From NCBI GenBank assembly GCA_040260805.1, contig JBDQPD010000036.1, forward strand, positions 1 to 32,911: 32,911 nucleotides of DNA, written 5' to 3'. Shown in pieces: positions 1 through 8,622 of this stretch. Each line of letters opens with the position of its first letter. Positions within the stretch are counted from its first letter, which is position 1. Position numbers and translations under genes: made by a program. The notes under the pieces are model-generated. The model made no database searches, was not told the origin of the DNA, and saw only the letters and a program-made list of their open reading frames with translations. The stretch comes from Myxococcota bacterium. Lineage in GTDB: Bacteria > Myxococcota > UBA4151.

Positions 1-193
1 CCCGCTGCTCACAGGCGGCCGCGTCAGCTGGACGCTGACCTGTGACGCCCCAGGCCAATGCGTGGAGGTCGTTGCAGACAGCAAGCGGGTGACCGATCCA
101 TGGTTCCTGGCAGGCGGCGTTTTACTCCAGCTTGGCGTGAAGCATAAGACCGTCGCCGGTGGTGAGATCTCATGGGACCTCAGCGTCCCGTAG
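1..193 (+). CDS. 3' end of a hypothetical protein (partial, enters from left edge)
   Basis: Frame starting at base 2 is open (PLLTGGRVSWTLTCDAPGQCVEVVADSKRVTDPWFLAGGVLLQLGVKHKTVAGGEISWDLSVP) to TAG at 191-193, 19 nt before the nadD ATG; no recognisable motif. Confidence 0.55.
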   Translation, partial: PLLTGGRVSWTLTCDAPGQCVEVVADSKRVTDPWFLAGGVLLQLGVKHKTVAGGEISWDLSVP

Positions 194-212
194 CTCTGGC
201 TGTGAGCGCATC

Positions 213-770
213 ATGAAGCAAAGCATCCGTGCCTTGTACGGTGGGTCCTTTGACCCGCCCCACTTTGGCCACCAGTTCCTCATCCACTACCTGCTCGAAT
301 CAGGTCTGGTTGATGAGGTTCGTATCATCCCTTGTAACGATCACCCGCTCGGCAAAAGCCTGAGCTCGTTTCCTGATCGTGCGAGCTGGTGTGAAGCTCT
401 CGTCAAACCCTTTGGCGGACGAGCCGTCGTCGACACCGTCGAAGCCGAGCTGCCGATCCCTAGCTTTAGCTATCAAACCGCAGAGGCGCTTGCGGCGAGC
501 TTTCCTGACGACCAACTCTACTGGGTTATTGGCGCGGACGCTGCCGCTCAGCTGGATCAGTGGATGGAGAGCCAGCGACTCATGGCGGTTGCGCCGTTGA
601 TCGTTGTTGGTCGCCAAGGCGAGCATGAACACCCCGATCAACTCCCCTTAGCGATGCCCAATATCTCGAGCAGCGAGATCCGTGATCGCTTAGCAAAAGG
701 GCAGTCGATCTCGGGTTTGGTTCCCAAGCGTGTGAGCGCAATTTTAGAGAAGTCCTGGCCTAGCAATTGA
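213..770 (+). CDS. nadD: Nicotinate-nucleotide adenylyltransferase
   Basis: YGGSFDPPHFGH (HxGH) motif, WVIGADA, ISSSEIR motif; start moved to ATG 213 (MKQSIRALYGG). Confidence 0.92.
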   Translation: MKQSIRALYGGSFDPPHFGHQFLIHYLLESGLVDEVRIIPCNDHPLGKSLSSFPDRASWCEALVKPFGGRAVVDTVEAELPIPSFSYQTAEALAASFPDDQLYWVIGADAAAQLDQWMESQRLMAVAPLIVVGRQGEHEHPDQLPLAMPNISSSEIRDRLAKGQSISGLVPKRVSAILEKSWPSN

Positions 771-795
771 CCGCTTGAGGCGACATCGATACAGT
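767..795 (+). promoter_or_regulatory. Putative sigma70-type promoter for the DUF465-like gene
   Basis: TTGACC (767-772) - 17 nt - TACAGT (790-795), 25 nt upstream of ATG 821. Confidence 0.5.
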
Positions 796-820
796 AGGGC
801 TCTTACTAAGCGATGGCTGT

Positions 821-1024
821 ATGCCCAAAAACTCAGGCCTCAGAGCACGAATCGGCGTTTTACGGACCGAGCATCAAGCACTCAAAGAGCGGCTGGTGAG
901 CATGCAAGGGCATCGCTTTTTGACGCCCGAGGAAGAGCTGGAGAAGCGGACGCTTCAGAAGCTTAAGCTCCTTAAAAAGGACACCTTAGCGGCGCTAGTG
1001 GCTAAGAATCGCGGGACCGCTTAG
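821..1024 (+). CDS. DUF465/YdcH-family small coiled-coil protein
   Basis: 67 aa, pattern EHQALKERL...LTPEEELEKRTLQKLKLLKKD resembles the DUF465 H..L....K.KL..KD signature. Confidence 0.7.
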   Translation: MPKNSGLRARIGVLRTEHQALKERLVSMQGHRFLTPEEELEKRTLQKLKLLKKDTLAALVAKNRGTA

Positions 1025-1914
1025 GGCTCTGACGACTCGCTGTCGTCGTCTTCATCATCCGATCCAAGGTCCGAACCAAAGTCGTTTTCGCGCTCGGCAA
1101 TTTCGTACGCATAGATCTGCTCGCTGCCGACAATAAACTCGTTCCACAAAGGTCGAGCCAGCGAGCCGGTGCGGCCGCAGGTGAAGCGCCTGTAATTGTC
1201 GCGCCGACCCTTGCCCAAGCACCCTGAACGAACGCTTCGAACAGCCGAGCTCGCTTTGCTTCCATCGGCGTGGACTGCGCGCGCAGCGATGATCTTTATG
1301 CTGTCTTGATCCATCGCTAAACCCACGTGAATCTTCTTTTTCTTCACGGTCAGCGTTCGAAGTAAAACAAAGGCTTTCTTTTGGTTGCTCTCGAAGCCGC
1401 CAATGACGCTCGTATCGCCCGAAACATTGGTCAGACCTCGGGCGCCTGGAACCTCCCAAACGACGACCACCTTGCCACGGACTTTATCTTCTTCAGGCTC
1501 ACCTTTAAAGACCTTCGCTTTGCGCCAAAGGCGCTCTCTACCCCACTCGTTCGGCACCGACTCCTCGATGGAGTAGTGCGTCGCATTGGGCATCAGATCA
1601 GCCAAAGAGATCGAATACCCGCGCAGATAGCGAATCACGTCCCAGGCTTCGAGTTCATGCAACCGCTTACCCGACCAACCCTTGAGCGGGCCGACGCCTT
1701 GCCCACGGGTTAAGCCCATGCGGATCTTGGCTTCACCAACCTCAGCGAGCGCCATCGGGTCATGCAGGGTGGCGGCATCGCAGCTACCACAATGCGCTTT
1801 GATCAGCGCGATGCCGTTGGTCAAATCACCCAGTTCATAATCTAACGCTTTACCGGCAAGCGCAGGGCTCGAGACCAACACCATCGAGAGAAGCCATAGG
1901 CGGATCGTCATCAT
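1021..1914 (-). CDS. Secreted protein with N-terminal cytochrome c-like domain (atypical CxxCD) and unknown C-terminal domain
   Basis: Signal peptide (..SSPALA); GIALIKAHCGSCD N-helix and LHELEAWDVIRYLR C-helix typical of class I cytochrome c; GGAG RBS upstream; acidic tail. Confidence 0.6.
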   Translation of the reverse strand: MMTIRLWLLSMVLVSSPALAGKALDYELGDLTNGIALIKAHCGSCDAATLHDPMALAEVGEAKIRMGLTRGQGVGPLKGWSGKRLHELEAWDVIRYLRGYSISLADLMPNATHYSIEESVPNEWGRERLWRKAKVFKGEPEEDKVRGKVVVVWEVPGARGLTNVSGDTSVIGGFESNQKKAFVLLRTLTVKKKKIHVGLAMDQDSIKIIAARAVHADGSKASSAVRSVRSGCLGKGRRDNYRRFTCGRTGSLARPLWNEFIVGSEQIYAYEIAERENDFGSDLGSDDEDDDSESSEP

Positions 1915-1923
1915 CTTGTTCTC

Positions 1924-2463
1924 CTACCGGCGACGCAGTGGGCGGCGACTGCGACCGCTCTGCATCAAGGCTTCTTCTGCCTGAAGATCGGGGGCGGGCC
2001 ACAACCCAGGATACAACCCAAACTCAAACGCGACTTGAGTTCCCTTATAGTCACCCTCGATGCTCACCCGATAAGAGCCAGCTGAAGGCAGCGTGTAATG
2101 AAACCCATAAGAACCACGATCCTTAAGCGCCTGAACCAGCCGACCCTTGGTCTTCACTCGAGCAAGCTTTCGGCGGAGCTTTCGATCTTTCGTCCCTTTG
2201 GCGTTAGGCGCCACACGGGCAGTCATCACCACGCCGTTGAGCGGAACAGGGCCAGCCGGGCCCTTCTTGGACACCTCGATGATCACTCGAGTCACCTTAC
2301 CAGCCTCTGGAACACCTGGCTGGATACGCACCGAAGCGCGCAGTCCAGCGCCGAGATCACGGTTCAAAAGCCGCGCAGCGGGCTTAGCGGGTACCGCAGC
2401 AGCCGCGTCTGCAGCGGCTGGCGGAGCACCAAAGAGTAGACTCGATAAAATCACCACTGTCAT
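1924..2463 (-). CDS. Secreted hypothetical protein, YtkA/FixH-like Ig beta-sandwich
   Basis: Hydrophobic N-terminus, Ala/Pro linker, PGVPEAGK..DRGSYGFHYTLPSAGSYRVSIEG beta-strand pattern; ATGA overlap with upstream DsbA-like gene. Confidence 0.55.
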   Translation of the reverse strand: MTVVILSSLLFGAPPAAADAAAAVPAKPAARLLNRDLGAGLRASVRIQPGVPEAGKVTRVIIEVSKKGPAGPVPLNGVVMTARVAPNAKGTKDRKLRRKLARVKTKGRLVQALKDRGSYGFHYTLPSAGSYRVSIEGDYKGTQVAFEFGLYPGLWPAPDLQAEEALMQSGRSRRPLRRR

Positions 2464-3389
2464 TCTTCACACTCCTTGCGATGGCGCACCATCTCCAATT
2501 GGATGCGTGCTGCCAAGTCAGTGGAGGTCACCGTGTTGTTCAGCGGCCTTCCATTGATCAACACATAAGGTGTCCCCTTAAGTCCAGCGCGCGCGCCGAG
2601 CGCCTGCCCTTGTTGGAACAACGCTTTGACCGAAGGGTCCTTACGATCGCTCTTCCACTTTTTGAGATCCAAGCCGACCGCTTTAGCCAAAGCGAGCAGC
2701 TTGGCGTCATTGAGTTCGGTTTGGTTCTCAAAAAGAAGGTCATGATAAGCCCAGAACTTGTCAGGTCCTTGGCGCCACGCAGCGAGCGCTGCGAGACCGG
2801 CTTTGCCGCTCACTTCATTGCCACCCATCTGGATCGGAACGAAAAACATTCGAATCGGCAAGCTGCTGCCCATCACGGGTTTAAACTCGGGCGCCGCCTG
2901 AGCACAATGACTGCACATGAAATCGGCGAACTCAATGACCTCGACCGCCGGCTGCCCCGGAGCGACATTGGTCTTAAACGGCAAGCCGCCGACGTTGAGC
3001 TGCGAGACCGGGTCGGCGCACATGCCGTCGGTGATCAACCGGCTAAACACCAACTGCGTTTGAGGTCGAGACATCCCCGCCTCAAGCAAGCCCTTGATCA
3101 AACCGGCGTAGATCAGCGCCTGGCTGCATGGCTTTTCCTTGGTCAGGCAGCCCGCCAAGGTTCTTGGGTTGTCGCAACCGCACAGTTCTTCTTGCGCGAT
3201 TTCGGCAAAAGGCTGGCGCGCTGAAGGCGTCAGTTTGCGCAACGGAAAGCCGTCGAGTTGCGGTAGAGGCTTTTCAGCCTTTGGCGGCACAACCGCAGCG
3301 GGTTGATCAACTTTTTTAGAGGGTGGCTCCTCGGCAGCAGGACTGCAAGCAAGAGCCAACAACACACCAGAAATGAGAGCAGGGCGCAA
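2460..3389 (-). CDS. DsbA-family thioredoxin-fold lipoprotein with extra Cys-rich N-terminal domain
   Basis: Lipobox LALAC; EFADFMCSHC active site; FWAYHDLLF; GTP cis-Pro loop; N-domain CGC..LAGC......C; TTG start with AAGGAG RBS. Confidence 0.88.
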   Translation of the reverse strand: MRPALISGVLLALACSPAAEEPPSKKVDQPAAVVPPKAEKPLPQLDGFPLRKLTPSARQPFAEIAQEELCGCDNPRTLAGCLTKEKPCSQALIYAGLIKGLLEAGMSRPQTQLVFSRLITDGMCADPVSQLNVGGLPFKTNVAPGQPAVEVIEFADFMCSHCAQAAPEFKPVMGSSLPIRMFFVPIQMGGNEVSGKAGLAALAAWRQGPDKFWAYHDLLFENQTELNDAKLLALAKAVGLDLKKWKSDRKDPSVKALFQQGQALGARAGLKGTPYVLINGRPLNNTVTSTDLAARIQLEMVRHRKECEE

Positions 3390-3464
3390 AGCGTACGCTC
3401 CTTTCGAGACCGTCTTAGCCGCCTGCGGCTACCTGTGCAGCCCGTGAACGGTCAAGTTGGACAT

Positions 3465-6212
3465 TTAGAACTGGCTCACAGCCGGAGCTTTCGGTTGCTC
3501 CTTTGGCCGAGGGCCAAGAAGCGTCGTGTGGACTCGATCAGGGGCGAAGAGTTCTTGAACCAAACGGCGCACTTGCTCGGGCTGCACCTTGTCGAGCGCT
3601 TGATCGAGCGCCTCACTGCGGCCGAGGCCCAGCCCATAAACGACATCAAGGGCGATCTCCTGACAGCGGCTCATTGCGGTTTGGCCAGAGACCCTCCTTG
3701 AACCCTTCAGATAGCGGCGTGCGCGCTCCACTTCATCGGTAGAGGGGCCGTCTTTGATCAACCGAGCGAGCGCGGCGTCAAGCTCTTGAAGGCTCTCGTC
3801 CAAGCGCTCAGGGGCTGTCGAAAAGTGAATATTGATCGCACCCCCGCGCAACCCAATCACGGCATTAGCGCTGACTCCATAGGTCAGCCCACGCTCTTCT
3901 CTAAGCGCCTGAAACAGACGCCCTGAGCTGCCACCAAGAACCTCGAGCAGGATCATCAGCTCAGGCTCACGCTTGTCACCGATCGCCAAACCCGGTGCGG
4001 TCCGAACCACCTGCACCTGACTTCGATCAAGCTCGACAAACCGAGGCTGCTCTCCTTCCGGCTTCACACTCTGCGCCTCTGCAGCCAGCGGAACCGGCCG
4101 GCGAGCGTCTTGCTCCAAAGGAAAAGTCGCGAGCAAACGGTGCAGTACACTGGGTGCATCAAAGCGGCCCACAATAGAGATCGCAGGAGGGCGACTTCCA
4201 TAGTGCTGGTGATAATGCTGGCTGAGTTGATCTGAGGTGATGTGACGCAGCGGCTCTTCCTCACCCTCAAGCGGCAAACCGTAGGGATGATCACCAAACA
4301 AGCTACGAAGACCCATCTGATAAGCGCGCTGGGCGGGCCGGTCATCGCGACTACGAATCACCTCGAGAACTCGTTGCCGCTCCCGGTCGATGGCCTCGGG
4401 CTCGAAGCGCGGGCGCTTTAGCACATCGATAAACACGTCAAAGAAGGCGTCGAACTGGTCGTGGACCACCTCACCACGCAAGCCAAAGCTCGAGCGTCCC
4501 GGCAGGGCGCTCAAGCTCGCGCCCATGTGGTCTATTCGCTGCGCGAGTTCCACCTCTGAGAAGCGCTCGGAAGCCTGCGGCAAGACCTCAGCGAGTAAGC
4601 CGTGCAACCCCGAGGTCCCAGCAGCCTCTAGCAGCTGCCCACCTACCCAGCTGGCATTGATCGCAGTCACCTCTGCGTTTGCATCAGGCCACAAGACCAC
4701 CTGAACTCCAGACGGCAATCTCAAGGCATAGCGACCTTGATCATCTGCTTTGGGCAGCGTTTGGGCGAGCGCTGTCTCACTTTTGACGGCAGCCCATGAG
4801 CCGCGACTCACCGCCCGGAGCGTCTCTTGCGTAAAGTCGGTTAAACTCCCTTCGGGCAAGACGACACTGAGATGCTGGCGTTGCTCGCCAAACAAACGCT
4901 GAGCCAGCTTTTGAAGTCGGTGGCTCGTAGCCGCTCGGATGGCTTCACGCTCCTTAACTTCTTGCTGCCAACCCCCGAACAACAACTCAAAATGAGCCAG
5001 CCGGCTCGCCTCGTCCTGAACCGTTTCATTCTGGAAGGTCACCTGAGCGAGCAGCTGCGCCCGGGCCCTCTGCATCGCATCGTCGGTCACTCCAAACGCG
5101 GCGACACGTGCGAGGCTGCGAATCACGCCATCAAGCGCACTTCGCAAACGGGCTCCATCGGTCATCCCGCCAACAACCAATAACCCGGGACCAGCAGGAT
5201 CAAACCCATAAGCAAAGACACCATTAACCAACTGCCTCTCGTACTGCAGTTCGCGCACCAAACGACTCGACTCGCCTTGACCTAAGACCGCAGCCAATAA
5301 AGCGAGGTCCGCTCGCTCCGCGATGTCGAGATCATCGACACTAAAGGCGAACCCGAAATGAGCTTGAGCCACCTGAGCGCGCAGCAACTCAGTGGTGTGC
5401 TCGCTCGCAGCTTTTGGGCGCTTGAGTCGCTCTTGCTGAGGGCTCTTCGCTTTCCAGCCGGACCACTCTTTAGCGACCAACTGCTCAAGAACCGTCGCGT
5501 CCAAATCACCATCGATCACCAATAAAGTGCGCTCGGGCTGATAAAACTGATCATAGAACGTGAGCAGCTTGGTGTGATCAAGCCGGGCGACCGCCTCAAG
5601 ACTGCCTGCTACGTCGCGTCCGTACGGGTGCCCCGCACCATAAGCCTGAGTAAACAGGGCTTGGCTGAGTTTTCGACCTGGGCTGTCCTGATCCTGACGG
5701 ATCTCTTCGGCTACAACCTCAAGCTCAGGCGCCAAATCCTGTGCGTCCAAACGCGGCCGCTGAAGCAATTCCGCCAACAGGTTCATGCCCGTGGCAGCGG
5801 CTTCGTTGGGGAGCACTAAATGATAGACCGTCTCATCGAAGCTAGTCCACGCATTGATCTCACCGCCCAACGAAGAGACCGTCGCATCAATAGCGCCTTG
5901 TTCGAAGGCTTTCGTCCCCTTGAACACCATATGTTCTTGGACGTGTGCCAAGCCCTCTTGATCCGCAGATTCATCGGCGCTCCCCACATGAACCCAAGCC
6001 TGCAAGGCCACCACGCCGGTACCGGGCCGCAGTCGACTCAGCACCCGCAGGCCGTTCTCTAGACGCGTCACACGGACAGGGACAGAAACACTCGCTAGCG
6101 ACTCTTTACTTTGCACAGATTCAACCTCGTTCGGCACCACAACAGCGGGTCCGTGGGCACAACTACAGCCAAGGGAAAGCAACAGGGCTTGGATGCGGCC
6201 GGTTACATTCAT
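3465..6212 (-). CDS. M16 family (pitrilysin/PqqL-like) zinc peptidase, probably exported
   Basis: LENGL, GLAHVQEHMVFKGT (HxxEH), NAWTSFDET; second inactive half with SSGRLFQALREERGLTY; N-terminal hydrophobic stretch with LSLGC. Confidence 0.92.
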   Translation of the reverse strand: MNVTGRIQALLLSLGCSCAHGPAVVVPNEVESVQSKESLASVSVPVRVTRLENGLRVLSRLRPGTGVVALQAWVHVGSADESADQEGLAHVQEHMVFKGTKAFEQGAIDATVSSLGGEINAWTSFDETVYHLVLPNEAAATGMNLLAELLQRPRLDAQDLAPELEVVAEEIRQDQDSPGRKLSQALFTQAYGAGHPYGRDVAGSLEAVARLDHTKLLTFYDQFYQPERTLLVIDGDLDATVLEQLVAKEWSGWKAKSPQQERLKRPKAASEHTTELLRAQVAQAHFGFAFSVDDLDIAERADLALLAAVLGQGESSRLVRELQYERQLVNGVFAYGFDPAGPGLLVVGGMTDGARLRSALDGVIRSLARVAAFGVTDDAMQRARAQLLAQVTFQNETVQDEASRLAHFELLFGGWQQEVKEREAIRAATSHRLQKLAQRLFGEQRQHLSVVLPEGSLTDFTQETLRAVSRGSWAAVKSETALAQTLPKADDQGRYALRLPSGVQVVLWPDANAEVTAINASWVGGQLLEAAGTSGLHGLLAEVLPQASERFSEVELAQRIDHMGASLSALPGRSSFGLRGEVVHDQFDAFFDVFIDVLKRPRFEPEAIDRERQRVLEVIRSRDDRPAQRAYQMGLRSLFGDHPYGLPLEGEEEPLRHITSDQLSQHYHQHYGSRPPAISIVGRFDAPSVLHRLLATFPLEQDARRPVPLAAEAQSVKPEGEQPRFVELDRSQVQVVRTAPGLAIGDKREPELMILLEVLGGSSGRLFQALREERGLTYGVSANAVIGLRGGAINIHFSTAPERLDESLQELDAALARLIKDGPSTDEVERARRYLKGSRRVSGQTAMSRCQEIALDVVYGLGLGRSEALDQALDKVQPEQVRRLVQELFAPDRVHTTLLGPRPKEQPKAPAVSQF

Positions 6213-6250
6213 CGGGCGATGACCAACATAGCTAAAGACACTACAATCAC

Positions 6251-8176
6251 TCAGCTTTCTAACCGTCTCGGGTCGAGCAAACGACCGCTCACGGCGCTGG
6301 CTGCGGCGACCGCAGGGCTGACCAACCAGACCGGCTCGGGCGCGCCCATACGTCGATCAAAATTTCGGTTGGTGGTCGATGCGGTCACTTCACCAGGAAG
6401 CGGAATACCCGGACCATTTCCAATGCACGACCCGCAACCCGGTGGCGACAAAACTGCGCCCACACGGCGAAAGATATCCATCACTCCAGCCGCTTCAGCT
6501 TGCGCAGCGACCGCCTCAGATGAAGGCGTCACCGTCAAACGAACTCCCTCAGCGAGCGAGCGTCCCTCAAGAACCTCGGCGGCGGCTAGAAGGTCCGAAA
6601 AGCTTCCCCCGGTGCACGAAGCGATCACCACGTTATGAATCGCGACATCAGAGCATTCGTGGAGCGGCTTGCGGTAGCGAGAGTCGCCAGGCGAGGCGAC
6701 GGTTAGAGGGACTGAACTTAAATCGACATTAATCGTTCGAACATAATCGGCTTGGTCATCGGGGTAGACCATCATCGCGTCCACATCGATGGCGCCGCGT
6801 TGCTCAAGCAAAAAGCTACGAATCGCTTCGCAAGGCTCGACCAATCCGGTCATCAGGCCACCCTCAACCGTCATGTTGGTCAGGACCGAGAGCTCGTCGA
6901 CATTCCATTGATCAAGCCCAGGTCCGCCAAACTGGATGACGCAGGTGTCTGTGGGTGTTTCACGCCATTGCTCTTCTTTGAAGTACGGGTCGCCGATCAA
7001 ATGCAGGATCAAATCCTTTGGGCTGACAATGTCCCCGGCATCACCGCTCACCATCACCCGAACCACCTTCGGAACCGTCACCGGAATCAGGCCTGTGCGC
7101 AGCGCAAAAGCCATCGCCGTTGAACCCACACCAAACGCAAAGGCGTTGAGCACCCCAGCCGTGGGACTGTGCGAATCCGTCAGACACAAGACGGTTCCAG
7201 GTAAGGCGTAATCTTCAACGACGAGGCGATGACACACACCCGCAGGCGCGTCTCTCCCTGGACCATGCAGCGTGACCCCATACTCCTGACACGCCTCAAC
7301 CATCTCTTCAGCGAGGCGTTGAGCTGGGCTCAAGCGTCTAGCCTTTACATCATCGGGTACCGTCGGCTCACTCAAGAGGACAAAGTGGTCCTCAAAGCAA
7401 GCGACCAGGGCCGGGTTTTCAATCGGCGCATCGCCATAAGCTTGCTTGTATAAATCGATCACCATGCCCGCGGTGTACTCATGCATTCCCCGAAACCCTG
7501 CTCGGCAAAGCACCTGATCACCGGGCTCGACGTTCGCAACCCCATCGGATTCGTCGAGTCCGTTGTAGACTTGCTGCGCGATCACCTTCTCAACCGCATT
7601 GAGCGGGCGTGCCGCCTTTTGCGTGTCGTAGGTTGGCGTAAACGAGCCGTTCATCAACTGCGTTCCAAAGGGCAGCAAACCGCCTTGTTCTGCCACCGAC
7701 CGAAAGAAGTCAGGCAACGCATCAGCCAGACGCGCTAAATCGACCTCTTCGCCTTGGCGCAGACGATCCAAAACGGTTTTATCGGTCGTAAAAGGAAGAC
7801 CAGAGTAGACCATATTCTCTTGGAAGATGCGTTGGAAGTTGTCGGCGATGACCAGCTCGATGCCCGCACCTTGATGCGCGACCACAGCCACCTCACGGCT
7901 CGAACCCGAGCCGTACGCATCACCGCCGACGATGACTTGAAAGCCACCCTTGCGAACATCGTCTTCAGCTACGGTCTCTTTAAAGTTCTTCAGGAAGTGT
8001 GGGCCTAAAATCTCCGGCGTATACCCCAAAGTACAGGCCTGCCCCGAAATCATGGCGTCCGTATTGACTGCAAAATGTTTGTCGTCATCTCGGCAATCAA
8101 GTGATTCACCATCAAGCTGACGGCGAAGGTCGTTGGCGTTTTCAGTCAGATAAAGGACGCGTCCGGTGAGCTTCAT
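6251..8176 (-). CDS. Aconitase-superfamily hydro-lyase: LeuD-like small subunit fused N-terminal to LeuC-like large subunit
   Basis: N-part NTD and YGSGSSREVA (swivel domain); C-part HEYT, EDH, GVCH, TDSHS, ASCTGG, PGCGSCIG (three Fe-S Cys), STTNRNFDRRMG, LVSPAVAAASA. Confidence 0.88.
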   Translation of the reverse strand: MKLTGRVLYLTENANDLRRQLDGESLDCRDDDKHFAVNTDAMISGQACTLGYTPEILGPHFLKNFKETVAEDDVRKGGFQVIVGGDAYGSGSSREVAVVAHQGAGIELVIADNFQRIFQENMVYSGLPFTTDKTVLDRLRQGEEVDLARLADALPDFFRSVAEQGGLLPFGTQLMNGSFTPTYDTQKAARPLNAVEKVIAQQVYNGLDESDGVANVEPGDQVLCRAGFRGMHEYTAGMVIDLYKQAYGDAPIENPALVACFEDHFVLLSEPTVPDDVKARRLSPAQRLAEEMVEACQEYGVTLHGPGRDAPAGVCHRLVVEDYALPGTVLCLTDSHSPTAGVLNAFAFGVGSTAMAFALRTGLIPVTVPKVVRVMVSGDAGDIVSPKDLILHLIGDPYFKEEQWRETPTDTCVIQFGGPGLDQWNVDELSVLTNMTVEGGLMTGLVEPCEAIRSFLLEQRGAIDVDAMMVYPDDQADYVRTINVDLSSVPLTVASPGDSRYRKPLHECSDVAIHNVVIASCTGGSFSDLLAAAEVLEGRSLAEGVRLTVTPSSEAVAAQAEAAGVMDIFRRVGAVLSPPGCGSCIGNGPGIPLPGEVTASTTNRNFDRRMGAPEPVWLVSPAVAAASAVSGRLLDPRRLES

Positions 8177-8289
8177 GAGGTCTTTCTGGGTTCGATAGGG
8201 CTGCGCCCTAGCTAAATTTGGGGTGAGGCGCTACCCAACTCGACGATGCAGACGTTGCGTCACAGCCGTTGGATGGTCATGTTGTCGGC

Positions 8290-8547
8290 ATGTTCACGCG
8301 CACACTCATCGGCATCATCCGACTCTATCAACGGCTCCTATCGCCGATTTTAGGATCGAATTGTCGGTTCACACCTCGCTGCAGTCATTACGGAGTTAAA
8401 GCCCTCAAGCAGCATGGAGCCTGGCGGGCCCTACCGCTGATTGTATGGCGCCTTTTTCGGTGTGCACCTTGGGGTGGTCATGGACATGACCCTGTCCCTG
8501 ACGAGCCCTCGAAGTTTGTCTCTGTGCGCTACTCAAACGTCGACTGA
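8290..8547 (+). CDS. yidD: Membrane protein insertion efficiency factor YidD
   Basis: IRLYQRLLSP..CRFTPRCSHY..ALKQHGA..RLFRCAPWGGHGHDPVP signature; ATG at 8290. Confidence 0.92.
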   Translation: MFTRTLIGIIRLYQRLLSPILGSNCRFTPRCSHYGVKALKQHGAWRALPLIVWRLFRCAPWGGHGHDPVPDEPSKFVSVRYSNVD

Positions 8548-8622
8548 TTCTGCAATTCAAGTGGCGCCCGATGAGCGGCTCGTATAGACACACGCTCTGT
8601 TCAGCCGTTGGGGTCTTTCGAA

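Noticed and set aside
159..212. Longer ORF-track starts (nadD 159; likewise yidD 8269, lipoprotein 8608, uvrB 13589, rpsB 22550, ACAD 30544)
   Set aside because: Downstream ATGs fit family N-termini and RBS positions better
2481..3224. 247-aa plus-strand ORF
   Set aside because: Antisense shadow of the DsbA-like gene
8177..8289. Short hairpins in the aconitase/yidD divergent gap (e.g. TAGGGC-TGC-GCCCTA) as a riboswitch or IRE-like element
   Set aside because: Short GC stems expected by chance; no recognisable aptamer or CAGUG loop
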